Source: Octopus sinensis (Eukaryota). From it: a DNA stretch of 64,000 nucleotides. The DNA is taken from positions 57,486,464 through 57,550,463 of the forward strand of contig NC_043011.1 of the NCBI RefSeq assembly GCF_006345805.1, read 5' to 3'. Of this stretch, positions 13,669 through 27,685 are shown in pieces. Within the stretch, counting starts at the first letter, position 1. Each line of letters starts with the position of its first letter. A model generated the notes under the pieces. It was not told the DNA's origin. It made no database searches and saw only the letters and a list, made by a program, of their open reading frames with translations. The translations under genes were made by a program, and so were the position numbers.

Positions 13669-14442
13669 CAGTTGAAGTAAGTTAAAACATGGTTTGGTTT
13701 TCATGTTTTTTATTATGGTATTTTTAACATTAAAAAGTTCTTTATAATGCTCATAAAATTAATTTAGCGATTTTATACATAATGTAATCATTAGATTTCA
13801 AATGTATTTAAATGATAGTTGAATTCTTGGCAACTTAATACCTCTTAGAACGCTCCAACAAGATGAATATCTTTTTGACCAATACGCATACAGCTTAAAC
13901 ATCCCGTTTTGCCAGACGTACTCATGACTTTGCGTCTGCTTATTCCATAGGTGCAAGTAAGTATTTCATTTATTTCTTGACGTATTTACCGCTGATGACG
14001 AGAAAATTCTTTATGAATCAACTCAGAAATCGGGCTGATTCGGTAATAACGGATTTTTTTAGAAATTTCTGTCAGCTTGCTTCCAGACGCGTGCTTATAG
14101 TGATGAATTATGTGTGGTTATTGACGATTTAAAGTCTATTCTTAGCATATCGCGCATAGGAATTTTTTTCTTTTGCTCTTATTTATAAATTGTTTTAATA
14201 TGCTGGCCACTGATAAAAAGTTTTGAAATTTTTTTTTATATTAGATGAATATATACGCCATGATAGATCGTTAGCCACAACACACATTTTTTTCTCTCCT
14301 TGTTTTTTCTGTGTCCCTTTCTGTAGAAGAGCGTAGGCTCGAAACGTAAAAGACTTTTTCTATTCCTGAGCGTTATACTAATACATCTGTTTGTTTTGTA
14401 CACCACATGTCTTCGTCTTTTGTTTTTTTCGTAAACTCTTCC

Positions 14443-14534
14443 TACATACATACATACATACATACATACATACATACATACATACATACATACATACATG
14501 CATGCATACATACATGCATGCATACATACATACA

Positions 14535-14570
<36 letters not shown>

Positions 14571-14572
14571 TA
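14443..14572. repeat. (TACA)n microsatellite
   Basis: Directly visible. Confidence 0.95.
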
Positions 14573-14576
14573 ATTA

Positions 14577-14742
14577 TAACAATGAGGGTCTTCGCAACAG
14601 GTTGCTAGACCACATACCGAAAGTATTAGAAATAGCAGCCAGACGACTGTTAATTCTTTTACTACAAAAATATGTCCCACAAAACAACATTATTTGTAAC
14701 TCACTATGGTAAAAAACGAAGAAAAACAACGAAATCAAACAA
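14577..14742 (+). repeat. Second copy of the ~165-bp microsatellite-anchored repeat
   Basis: Aligns to the reverse complement of 9233-9397 and starts right after (TACA)n/(TA)n. Confidence 0.75.
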
Positions 14743-15018
14743 TGTTCGGTCAATTAAGGACGCATACGTTTCTGGATTAAAATCAGAGATTCATTTCCTT
14801 TATCAACATAATATTCCGATAAATAAATCTGAAAATGCTAGGAAAATCTTACCACCATATTCCGAACAAGCGACATCGGACATATAGAAGCCCACCAGCA
14901 TATCCACATTTATATAGACAAGTGAATTCGTATCTCCCTCCAGAATTTCTCCCACGTGAGTCACAAATAATACTGCCGAAAATGAATTCGTAGTTCCGTC
15001 GTAGGGGAATAAAATAAT

Positions 15019-15180
15019 CAATACAGATAAAGGGTGAATTATTTTTTAATTTAATAAAATCAACAAATTTCACCAAGTAGTTTTTCGGTATGGAATATGG
15101 TCCTTTTCCATACCGAAAAACTACTTGGTGAAATTTGTTGATTTTATTAAGTTAATTATATTTCACCTTTTATCTGTATT

Positions 15181-15181
<1 letters not shown>
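15019..15181. repeat. Fold-back palindrome, arms about 76 bp, 10-nt loop
   Basis: The inner 45 bp are perfectly complementary (TTAATAAAAT...GGTATGGAA / TTCCATACC...ATTTTATTAA); loop is 15096-15105. Confidence 0.92.
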
Positions 15182-15229
<48 letters not shown>

Positions 15230-16389
15230 AACATATTCATACATGCAGGCACATTCAATGCTGAAGATACACTTTTAAAATAATTATGTTAGGAATTTTA
15301 AATACGTGATTAACATACTTTTGTACGAAATATTTCACCATTACATATAGAGTCTTTGGTGTAGTTGAGTAAATTTTTATATATCCTCGGAATTTGCATA
15401 CTGAAAATGATGAAAGAAATCACTAAACCTACTGGGAAAAATGTTCTGAGATGAAAATTGTATACATTTTGAATAGTTATTTTTTAATACAAACTCATTT
15501 AAATTAAAATAATTAATTAGGAATGCTAAAAGAAAAAAAGAATTCTCTTTATCCATCAGGAAATATATTTAACAAAAAAATCAAATTTTCTTGCGAAAAA
15601 CATTAAATAAATGTTCTAAATTCTTTAAAATGTTAAAAGTTAATGATCTTTTTTTATGTTTATAGAATTCTGCATATTGTTGTTGTTTATCCCCCAAGCA
15701 TCTCTTATAGAACCGTCTTATAATATAAACAATTACAGTCGATATCGGCCACCGCATAACGTCTTTCGTGCTATACATTATACACGAATTTATTTATGAA
15801 ACGCTTTTTTCGCTTTTTTTTTTCTAATGAAATGATTTAACTATTTCCTGAAGAACGACAGAAGATACAGAGTCTCCTCATTAGTCGCTCTCACCTTGAG
15901 TTATAGTATATTGGTAGATTGGTGATTCGATTTGTGGTTCAACCAGATCTACATCTGGTGATTATTTTATTGCCAATGTAGAAAAAGTATAAAATTGAAG
16001 ACTAGCGCAGGATTTGAACTGTGAACACAAGTTGTATGAATTAAAAGCTCGAAATTAACGAGCGAACTATTAAATTAGAATCAACTGTTGTCGATCGACC
16101 TGCTAAAAATAGGAACCAAATGTACTGTGAATTGTATTTATTGTCTTAAAAACTGCAGTGTATATATAATGATATGGTCCAAGATCCATTCTCTTGAGGA
16201 AAGACGAGATGATCACGATGGAGGTATTTCTCGTCTTTGATCTGTTCAGTAGGAATAACCTAGGGCTAAAAAAGCAGGAACGACAATAACAGGTACAACA
16301 ACAACAACTAAATGATAGAAAACACTTTGGCCAGCAGACGACATTTTGAAACGAAATACGGTTTTAATATCTTAGACTAATGTAAGAAT

Positions 16390-16573
16390 GTATGGCGAGG
16401 GAAACAGTCGATTATATCGACCCCAGTCTGTCACTGGTACTTAATGTATCGAACCTGAAAATGGGAAAGGCAAAGTCTACCCCATCAGAATTTGCATTCA
16501 GAATGTAAAGACGGACGAAATGCCGCTAAGCACTTTGCCCAGCTTGCTAAAGATTCTGTCCGCCCATCACCTT
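16390..16573 (-). mobile_element. Family A SINE, short-tail form, diverged
   Basis: GTCGATTATATCGACCCCAG...GGCAAAGTC...GACGAAATGCCGCTAAGCA matches the reverse of family A. Confidence 0.8.
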
Positions 16574-17299
16574 AATAATAATTGTAATGATAAAGGAGAT
16601 AATTAACCTTTCGAAATTGCCACGTCTCTCGAACCAATGCAAGAACCTCTACGTAATAATTGGCACTGGCAGCAGTTGCTGACAAACTCTACCCCGGAAT
16701 CTTGAAAATAAAAAAAAAATTGAAGAATGTAGAGTTATATGTACACGATGATGAAGTGAGCATAGATGGAATGGAAACATTTCGATTATAGGTGTAGGCC
16801 ACGGCTGACCTGGGATAAACAACGACACCAATAGCATTATATTAGTGTGAAAAATATCTCAAAACATTTATTAGCTGCTAATATGTCCCAAATCCTTAAC
16901 GCTTTTAATAAAACCCCACCTCAGACCGCCTTTGATCCTACAACAGAAACTTCCTGTTATATAATTATCAAAATTCAAACCACGAAGACTTCATGTAGAT
17001 AAATGTTCCACTCACCAGCTTACTAAGGTCAAAGTCATTTTACTAAATTCTTTATTATTTTCAAATTTAATTGACATTTTCCAATAGACATATATTAACA
17101 AAAGAGACAAAAATGATAAAACAAACAACAATACGGAAAATTTTGTCGAGAGAACAAGAAAATGGCAATGGCTCTTGGAGCAAGCAACCACGACGTTGAA
17201 TTCTTGTTGCCGTGTGATGGTTTGTCTGCCTCGATGACCCCGAAAACTGCGCTAGCGGAGCGCAATCTCCCGATAGGGTCTTTCATGTTAGGCATGACA

Positions 17300-17600
17300 G
17301 AAGATAGAGACCACATTGATAGGGTCTAACTGTTTCTAGGGGTAAAAATGGGTTTGCATGAAGTCAACATCCTAATCGACAAAAAGAAAAAAAAATCAAG
17401 GTTTAAGAAGCATCGATGATACTTCAAAATCAACGAGGTGTGGTAGATGACGGCCTTCCGTCAGGAAAAAGTATGACGCAGTGAAGCAAAATCCCAAAGG
17501 AAGCGGCTTGAAAAAGCAGGAATCTAATTCAGAAAAAAAAACCGTGCAAAGACCAGAACTATGGAGAAAAGTAATCGATGACCTAAGCTCCTTAAGGAGG
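17300..17600 (+). mobile_element. Possible RTE-like LINE C-terminal relic
   Basis: Translation GR*RPSVRKKYDAVKQNPKGSGL...RPELWRKVIDD loosely resembles the RTE GRPRKTW..VK.DL..LGL...DR..WR motif. Confidence 0.3.
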
Positions 17601-19277
17601 GAAAGACTTATGTATGTCAGCAAGTTTTGGATCAATACCATTCGTTGGAGCTTTGTGTTTTCTTAGGCCATGGAAAAATAACTATATGAAGATAAAGGAT
17701 AAAGTCATCTCCCCCGCTGACAGAGTGCCATGCTCGTTTACAGCAGAGTAATCCATTCCACTGTTTGTGCTGTATTGTATGCACTATTTGCCAAGGCAGA
17801 CCGACTCTAGTTTTCTTAGATCCTTCTCTATACCTTCATAACATGTCAAAAATAGAAATAAACAATAAATATGCTCGAGGAGAGATTAATAACATTATTG
17901 AAATTCTTTGGCTGTATATCCCCTACCTCGAGGTTTGATGATATTTCAATGAATTCTTCGAGACGAGAAACAAGTTATACACAGACACGGAAAAAATATA
18001 GAAAGCCAGAAAGAAAAATCCATAAGAAAAGTAAAAAGCAGCTATTTTCGAGTCTGTAATTCGCTGCTGGGAATAGACTTGACGGAAGACCACACAGAGA
18101 GTGAGTGACTCACTGAAGTAACGAAATTATAACCAATTACTCAACCACATACACACACACACACATACGATAAAACGTGTACAAATACACACGCGCACAC
18201 GCATTTGTGTGTGTGTATGAGTGTGCACGTGTGTATGTGTATACACACAGACGTGCACAGCTACACAACTAATGTATTGTAAAGTTACTGCAAGAAAATT
18301 GTGAGAGAGGAGGTTGTTTCGATCTATTGGATCTCTTCAGCTGACACTATCAGATATGACAAGAAGAAAAGCTTCGTTTGTTTGACTTTAAAAACTAAGC
18401 GACAGGACAAACCATTGCAAAAGCACGGAGTCGTCAAACCACATGCTAGAAATACCAACCACATCTCATTCAAAGCACAGCTTACCATCTTATACAAAGA
18501 AGAATGTTTTGAGCCCAGTTAATGGCTATTATACCAAACCACTTGCGGATTGGGCAGAGTTGTAGGGAGTTTTATTACACGTTTGATTTTCAGGCCCAAC
18601 CTGGGGGTAAAACTACGATAAATATAATTAAACGTTTGGCACTGATATCCAAAATGCCATACGGTATTTGTTGTGAATTTTTACGTTCCGGGTTCAAATT
18701 CTTTTGAGTACCTTCCATCTTTCTCGAGTCGCTAAAATTAGATAGCAGTATCCAATCTCTTAACTATCCTCGAACATATAGCTTAAATAGCCACTAACTT
18801 TAGGGGCGCAACACTATTGGAGGGACCAATTTACATATCACATTCTTAATAAATGATATGTACACATTTATTGCTGATAGGAGCACTGTATTTTGTTGTT
18901 CAGTCTTACTGTACTACCGAGTATATTACTGGTATATCAATCAATAGTGTGTCCTGCATTTGTGTTAACAGTACGGTTTTTTCAGTTTTAAGTTTATTTC
19001 TACGAGTTTACTTGGTAGTCTATAATGGTTACGAAACAAAATACGGTGTCGTTACCAGCGATGAATTTATTAAATAAAGAATCTTCAGTTTAACAATAAC
19101 AAACAATGATACATAAACTGGGAAAGAAATCAAACCTACAACTTGAGATGATTCAATATTGAAACTAGATTATTCTGATTTTTGTTGCGTTTGGATGACA
19201 CAGTTTCAAATGACGAGCAAGTTGAAATTTCGAATTTACAGCTGTGTTCAGCAATGACCACACACACACACACACAC

Positions 19278-19332
<55 letters not shown>

Positions 19333-19846
19333 ACACATGTTTGTCTACTAGTGGTATTCATTATTTTTAACGCAGCACGTTCATAAGAGATATTAGCTGA
19401 GGTCAACTGAGAGGAAGTGTATACATTTAGTATGTTATATAGGTGGCTATTTTATGTAAATACTGCTCCAGCTGCTGTTACCAAATTATTATTGAACCAG
19501 GCGGCTGTTCACAACGCAACATCGGTGAATGTTTTATTCCTTTTTTCCATTTGTAAGATGTAACAGGATCTCACTCGAGAATGCGGCTGGTTTCCAAAAC
19601 GAAGAATTGAAAAGGGCCCAAAGGCGGAAATGCTGTTCACTTTGGTAGTATTGAGACGATTAGATTTCTCCCACCCCACTGACATTATTTGCGTTTATAA
19701 AACATGTCTATAAAAAATGCCATTCATAGGACAAATATTTTGGCAACTGGATCGTCGGCAATGTGTATTCATTAAATATGATAGGTAAATAGGTATTTTA
19801 ATTAAAAACCACCTCAATTGCGTATACCATATATGTATATATATAC

Positions 19847-19925
<79 letters not shown>

Positions 19926-20615
19926 GACCCCAGTTGAACCGTCCGACCCATGCTAGCATGGAAAGCGGACGTTAAATGATGATGATGATGATGATGATGA
20001 TATATATATATAGGTGCACGCATGGTACCCGCGCAAGTGTCTTCTACTATAACATTGGGCCGACAAAGTCATGAACGCGTTATAAACGCGTGTGTATGTG
20101 TTTGTGTGTGTGTATATGATGTATGTGAAATATATATATATGTGTGCGCATGCATACATTTATATATGAATATGTGTATACATCTATGTATTTCTCTAAT
20201 TAGTTCTCTCTTATATGTAGATGTTTTTCTTTCATCTCTACAAATAATTTAACCATTACGATGGTTATACGACGATGAGAAAATTAACTAACTGCAGAGT
20301 GTCAATATATTTTTGAGTGTACGTATTTGTACGTATTTAAGAATTGAAAGCCTAATATCAGAACTGATTAGAATGTGGCACCTCGTTGACGCGCGTTCCC
20401 CATGCTTAGAAAAAGAAAAAAAGTATACGGTATTACGGAGTATAATCACATGAGGACAAAATGTGTATCTTCACGTGCATATATAAATATACAAACAAAC
20501 AAGTATTGATATGTTGCTATGAATATTAATGATATTATATGGAAGAATATAAAACTGGACAGGATGCGAGTATAAAGATTATAAAAACAATGAATGGATA
20601 AAAAATAAAAAAATC

Positions 20616-20669
<54 letters not shown>

Positions 20670-21535
20670 TCATATATATTAAAAAATGATATATTTAAAA
20701 TATGAAAATAAACTATTTATATAAAAATAGTTGGAATAGTAATAAAGAGAATGGTTTCTAATTCTGGCAGAAGCTGTTTTCGAGGAATGGGTTAGTTGCG
20801 ACTTATCACTGGCAATGCTATACAAGAATATGCGATAGCCTCTAAATACTTGATCAAAATGACGGTTGCTATGGTTGCAGCTTCTACACGTTATGATAAA
20901 ATGTTTTCATATCCAAAAATCTCCGGAAGATATTAGCTTCCCATGATTCAACACATTGTCGCTAAAATTGTTTACAATGTTACCTGCAGGAAGGATTGTT
21001 CTGATGGTCATAGCAAAGGCACACAAGAAAAGGAAGTGATCCGCACCTTAAAACAAAATACAGTACACTAATGGAACAAGCTGATAAATGCAGTAACTCG
21101 GTGTAAGCAAAAGTGCCAGATATTGGTATTGGGGACGGGGTAAAAGTTATTCACTCTTGTTGAAATGAGGTTTTCGGAGTTGGTGAATGTCTTGTCAAAA
21201 ATTGATGAAAGGGAAACATCTGTGAGGAAATAAAGCGGAGACTTTTGCTCTAATATTCGAGAGATAGATTTTCATTTGTATCTGTTATCATACGTGTAAT
21301 GAGCTCTGTAACAAAAGATCTGTGTAGAAATCTAGAAACGCTGAGGATCTCAAGAAGAAAAAGAGAACCAACTGCAAAACGATTCCAATTCTCTGAATAC
21401 AGTCGATTACAACTACAATGAATATCTGTAAATCACATCGAGAATTTCCCATTGGAGGTTCCTGAGCAGAACATGCTCCCCCCCCCCGCACAGCTTATAT
21501 GGTAATAGTAACAATATACTATTTGGTACTTTCGG

Positions 21536-21717
21536 CAGCCAATTTTTAATTAACTAAAGGATTAGTAATTGACCTGTTAAACTATCACCATATTCCTTAT
21601 CGTTGTCCCTTCTCAATGAGGTTAGGCATTCTGAAAGCCCACCCAATTAACTGTTCTGCCCGCCTCACCATTTTACTTGTTTATTCATTAATCCTTTAGT
21701 AAATTAAAAATTAGCTG
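21536..21717. mobile_element. Possible MITE-like element with 24-29 bp terminal inverted repeats
   Basis: AATTTTTAATTAACTAAAGGATTA (21541-21564) matches the reverse complement of 21689-21712 at 23/24 positions. No TSD found. Confidence 0.45.
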
Positions 21718-22052
21718 TCTATGATAGGAAAGTACCTGTTTTGTGTTAGATATTATATAACATTTATAAATAATTATTAAATAAACCATTCACGAACCAC
21801 ATATTGAGAATCAGGGACTAAATACACTTTAATACTTCGCTCGCGTTTGTGTAGAATTTATTTTAAGTCGTTAATTCTGTCTAATCCTCCTACCTATAAA
21901 CAAGTTGCTTTTATTTAATTTCGCCTATAATTTATTAAAATATGTTTTTTATTTCTGAATTCAATATTATCATCTCTAGAATATAACTATGGTATTTCCT
22001 TTCATCAATTGGTCGTTATCGTTTCATGCTGGGAATTTGTCTCGTAACATTA

Positions 22053-22230
22053 AGGCGGCGAGCTGTCAGAATCGTTAGCACGCCGGGCAAAATGCTTAGC
22101 GGCATTTCTTCTGTCTTTATGCTTTGAGTTCAAATTCCGCCGAGCTCGTCTTTGCCTTTCATCCTTTCGGGGTTAATAAAAACAGTGCCAGTGTAATAAC
22201 GTACCCACTTCCCCGAACGTGCTGGCCTAA
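22053..22230 (+). mobile_element. Family A SINE, short-tail form
   Basis: AGGCGGCGAGCTGTCAGAATCGTTAGCACGCCGGGC head, GAGTTCAAATTCC B-box and family A body. Confidence 0.88.
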
Positions 22231-23966
22231 ATAATCGAATTCATTTACAACTTTCACCAATCATCGATTCGGTGGTTGTACAACTGAAACAAATAAAATA
22301 GGCAATACTCTGCTAATGTTTTTATCTATATATTTTATTCATCTTTTATCTACTTGTGAAGATAAAAATGAAGACGATGCAACAAAAACAATAACATGCA
22401 AACATGTAAAAATATAGTCGGTGGGTATAACAAAAAAAGGCTTCTCTTCGTTTATGTAACGTGATACATAAACATTATGATAAAAAGTGACGAAAATATT
22501 TTATCTTCAGTTATAGGGATCGGAACAGATCTATCATTTAGAACCCACTTTCAGCAACTAAGGCATATTTTGGCCATATGATGGCTAGTTGAGTTTGACG
22601 CTCGGTCTGAAGTTTTCATTAACGTTACCACCGAATAGAAGTTGTTGTAGATACATTTTGGAAAAGTCAGCGATGTTGAAGCACAACGTTTATTCAGGTT
22701 TGATGTCAAACAAATGATTAGGAAATGTGACGTAGACATTGCATATATCCAAGATGGACGAAGATTATTCAAATAATTCAACTGGTATTCTAGAGTCTCT
22801 TAATAAACAATCTACTTTGCTAACTTCCTTCTTTGTCAGTTATCGCAAATACTGCTCGGATAAGATACACACACCAACACACAAACAACCACAGAGAGCC
22901 ATAGATAGAGAAACATGTATATACTCACATATACTTATATACCTGCATACACATGGACGCGTACGCACACACACGTCCATATTATCACACACATTCATTA
23001 AATGTATATAAATTACATTTGCTCCTTACTCTTCTAGTGTTCTCTTTCGATACTGTTTGCTTTCTTAGATAAGTTTTTTTGTTGTTTATTCCATGACTTA
23101 ACTGTAGTGGCTCAATGTTGATTGGCCGCCTTGTTTATAAAGAATGTCTGTCTCAACAAAACGCCAGTTGAGCAAACATTATAACTACATTATCTTAATT
23201 CTATTGTCTTTCACTCCCAGAAAGGAAATTCTTAATCAACAGCTCTCTTGTTAAATTACAAGCGTTGCTGATCTGATATTATTTGTGTAAAACTGGGATA
23301 AATTTTGGCACAATCATGAATAAAAGAGAATAAATTAAGTATTGATATATCTGACAGACCGATAAGAGGACGTCAGATGTATGTTTGAATCTGTTCTTGC
23401 TGGTCTATTGTTAACGATGTTTCAATAAAAAGCTATGTCAAAGAAAACCAAATAAGGACATAGACTTTTTCAGAGCAGAGCAGTGTTATCTAAAGAAAAA
23501 AAGAAAAAGAAAATAAACAAAGCAAAGCACGATAAAGTAAAATAATTTAACGAAAACTAATTACTCTAGGTTTTGATTGAGAAAATAGAAAACGAAATAA
23601 CATCTCATATAAAATGAATAATGTTTCATTTTGAACGATATATGTTTCCACTGTTTGTTGAATGTGATCGGATTTACTGATTTAACGGATGATTTCACGA
23701 GAGATTATTAGACATCACCAGGAAATTTAATTTCAATACAACCCAATTGTTCTCAAGCAACGCATATTTGAATTCCCAATGTTTCTGATTGCAGCACATG
23801 ACGAACACTGAAACACGTCCTTTGCAGAGCCAGCATCTCATGGATGAGGACTGATGTCAATTTGTATTACGAGAAAATACTTCGACTTCAAAAAATTGCT
23901 GACTTTGCACAGAGCTCACGACGGAGCAATTCAATAGGAGACTGTTTACATATCTTGATTATTTTT

Positions 23967-24012
<46 letters not shown>

Positions 24013-24747
24013 CCTGAACTCGCTGGCTTCGCCATTTCGTATATCAAAATTACAAAATATACTTCACCGTGATCAGTACAATCAGAATTTCTTGTTAGTG
24101 TAATAATAGAGAGGGAGCTTTTTCATAAGATAACATGAACTGAGGGCTCGAAGCTAACGACAAGTTTCTAGACTATGCAACAGTGCTCCCGCTTCCTATC
24201 GTTTGGTGATGTATCTCTGCTATGATTCCTACCTACAGCTTATAGGGTTAGATTAAGAAAATGCCAATGTCTTGGTTATTGGTACAGTCAAGAACTCGTT
24301 TCATTATACAAATCTTCAACCGTGTGTCTTCTAATACCAAATTTTCACTGTAAGCACGATACATTAATAACTGGATTATGTTGTGATTCTATTAGAATTA
24401 CTTTTGTTGTTTTATGTAATATTTCAAAAATCTTAAAACAACATTATTTTATTTGAAACAGTTCACTTTCTTTTATTTTCATTTCTCCACACATATACAC
24501 ACATATGCGCGCGCACAAACACAGACAAGTCAATGAACATATATTTGTTATTTTTAGATCTCTTCAGATCAAACGTTCATCGCAATTTAAAAAGGTATTC
24601 ATCCGCATCTTAACTGCAAATGAACAAACAAAAGGCATCTCAGCGCAGTTAGAATGCGGCCACAAAGCTCTTGGTGTTTAACAGTCTGTCGCATCTAGGA
24701 AATTACAAAATATAGAAATAAACGTAACATTGTTCAGATTTGAATTG

Positions 24748-25162
24748 CTCTTTTACTCTTTTACTCTTTTACTTGTTTCAGTCATTTGACTGCGGCCATG
24801 CTGGAGCACCGCCTTTTAGTCGAGAAACTCGACCCCGGGACTTATTTTTTTGTAAGCCCAGTACTTATTCTATCGGTCTCGTTTTGCCGAACCGCTAAGT
24901 GACGGGGACGTAAACACACCAGCATCGGTTGTCAAGCAATGCTAGGGGAACAAACACAGACACACAAACACACACATACATATATATATACATATATACG
25001 ACAGGCTTCTTTCAGTTTCCGTCTACCAAATCCATTCACAAGACATTGGTCGGCCCGGGGCTATAGCAGAAGACACTTGCCCAAGATGCCACGCAGTGGG
25101 ACTGAACCCGGAACCATGTGGTTGGTTAGCAAGCTACTTACCAGACAGCCACTCCTGCGCCT
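24748..25162 (-). mobile_element. Family B SINE, full length
   Basis: tRNA head, CORE-like segment, internal (TA/TG) microsatellite, 3' module and tail GGCGGTGCTCCAGCATGGCCGCAGTCAAATGACTGAAACAAG(TAAAAGAG)n. Confidence 0.92.
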
Positions 25163-26059
25163 ATTCAAATAGAATTTAACAAAACTTCCCAAATATAGTA
25201 AACTCTCAACTATCCGGCAATCCTGGGACCTGAGCGTTGCCGGATAAGTGAATTTATCGGATGTCTGAAAAAAACCCATCTTAAATGACCATAGCACCTT
25301 ACCAAAGTCAGCAAAACTCTCTCTAAATATCAATATTATTATTACGATACTGAATAAAGCAGAAATAAAAGAATTAGGAAATTAAAATAAAAAGCATAAT
25401 TTCAGTAAAGAACAAGTTTTATTAACCTAATAAAATACAGACAGAAATAAAATACACTATTGTGATTTGAGAAGTTACGCTCCATTTTAGATACAATGCA
25501 AACGTTCTATTAACGACAATTAATTAACATGAATTAATAAAAATTAATAAATTAATAAAAAATAAAATACTAATAAAAATAGCACAATTTCTGTCGCCTC
25601 TAAAAGGTAATAAGTGTCTCCAGCCTAAAGTGAAAGAATTGTTAGAAGACAGAATTCTGCGTTATTTACCATGAAGGGACCTCATACGAATGTGTGGTGC
25701 ATAGAAGCACTCGTGTTTATATCACTCGCAGGCGAGAACCGCTTGCTACGGCTACCGGGATTCCGGCCTTCCTTGGCCTTATCGAAAACAGATATTCGGC
25801 TTGACATAGCAGTCGACCCTTCCGTCAGCAATATAATAGAACCTCAGAGTCTATTTAGACACTAGTAACGCAAAGATTAAAAATATTTGAAAGCGACATA
25901 AACAGTAGTAACACCAAAATGTAATATTTACCACCCTCTTAAAGCGGATGCGGTGTTTGTCTGTACGAGAGGTTCTTTCGTGGTGAATAACGCAGACTTC
26001 TGTGTTGAAATACGGCGTCCACTTTAATAAATGTTACTGTTTTGATATTAGTACTGTTT

Positions 26060-26225
26060 TTTTTTATCTGTCTCTACGTTCTGAGTTCAAATTCCGCTTA
26101 AGTCGACTTTGCATTTCGTCCTTTCGGGGTCGATTAGATAAGTACCAATTACACACTGGGGTCGACGCAATCGACTTTACCCCCTCCCCTCAAATTTCAG
26201 GCCCTGTGCTTATGGTAGAAAGGAT
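26060..26225 (+). mobile_element. Family A SINE, headless short-tail form
   Basis: GTTCTGAGTTCAAATTCCGC...GTCGACTTTGC...TTTCGGGGTCGAT...CTGGGGTCGA. Confidence 0.8.
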
Positions 26226-26837
26226 ATTTGTACTGCTTCTGTCGCTATTAATTAATTTTGACTCTAATTAAATCCACATTTTCTTTTTATTATTACTTTT
26301 CCGTTTCTGGGTGCCGGTTGCTTGAGAGTCCCGGTTATTTGAGGCCAGATAAGAGTAAGTTTACTGTAATCTGACGCCAGAGAAGTCATATGAAGCGTCC
26401 TCTGAAATCTCGGACATAAACACCAAAGTTTAAAAAATGCTTTCTCATTCTATCTGAAAAAATAATAAAGAAGACGAGTAATTACTGCTAGAAATAACTA
26501 CATATCCTAATCAGTGAGGGACAGAGAGCACTTATGATCTTTACATGCCCACCACACAAGACTGCTGGAATGAAATAAAAAAAGCTGAGAAAGGAAATAT
26601 AGTTGATGGTTTGTAAATTAGGAAATACTATAACAATATATTGTGCTTCCATAGATAACAATGTGCGATTGTATCTTGACAGATAACCGGAGACTTTAGC
26701 GGATTCTGTCGACTGGCAAAAGCAGATATTTTACATTTGGCACAAGAAGCATATGTTATGCAGGCTAATTGATTAGTTTGACCGATATTACGTATTCATC
26801 GGTTTATATTATTTCATCGATCCTTGAAGTGGGTAAG

Positions 26838-27020
26838 TAGTATCGTTAGCGCGTCAGACAAAATGCTTAGCTATTTTCTGAGTTCAAATTCCACCGACGC
26901 CCACTTCAACTTGGGGTCTACGAAATAAATGATAGTTAAGTGCTGGCGGGGGATGGGGGGGGGTCGATCTAATCGAGAAAATCCCACATTTCATATTGCT
27001 GGTCTTCTGTCAAACTTTGA
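26838..27020 (+). mobile_element. Family A SINE, degraded
   Basis: ATCGTTAGCGCG...AAATGCTTAGC...CTGAGTTCAAATTCC...GGTCGATCTAATCGA. Confidence 0.65.
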
Positions 27021-27440
27021 AACCAGTAATTTTATCGGTCCTGAAATGATGAATGTAAAACAGTTAAGCTCTGCGCGATTCGATATACGAACATCGAAAT
27101 CTTTTGAACGAATGTGAGCAGATGAAATAAGCAAAAGAGTACGAAATTAACTAGAATTGAATTTTTATGGGGCGGCAGAGATGGGATACCAGTTATATAT
27201 TGTTTTTAACGGTTGGCTTATAATATTCTGCCAGTCAGCATATGCGATGTTCAGGTAGCAAAAGCATCAATGTAATGTGCATAACTAATACTTTTCGGAC
27301 TCGAGATCTTTTCGCTGGAAGACATTGTCTCACACTTGGAGAGATGCGTACATTTATTGATGTTAACAGGAATACTTATTTAAGCGATCCAGTTTCTCAT
27401 AAAATTTCTTTGATTAATTTCAAACTCCGCCCTCTCATTT

Positions 27441-27501
<61 letters not shown>

Positions 27502-27542
27502 ATCTGTCTGTGTGTCTGTCTATCTGTCTATCTATCTATCTT

Positions 27543-27602
<60 letters not shown>

Positions 27603-27635
27603 CTATCTGTCTGTCTGTCTGTCTATCTGTCTATC

Positions 27636-27685
<50 letters not shown>

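Noticed and set aside
25195-25262. pogo/Tc1-like terminal sequence (TAGTAAACTCTC..TATCCGGC)
   Set aside because: No matching opposite end or TSD was found; the resemblance is from memory only.
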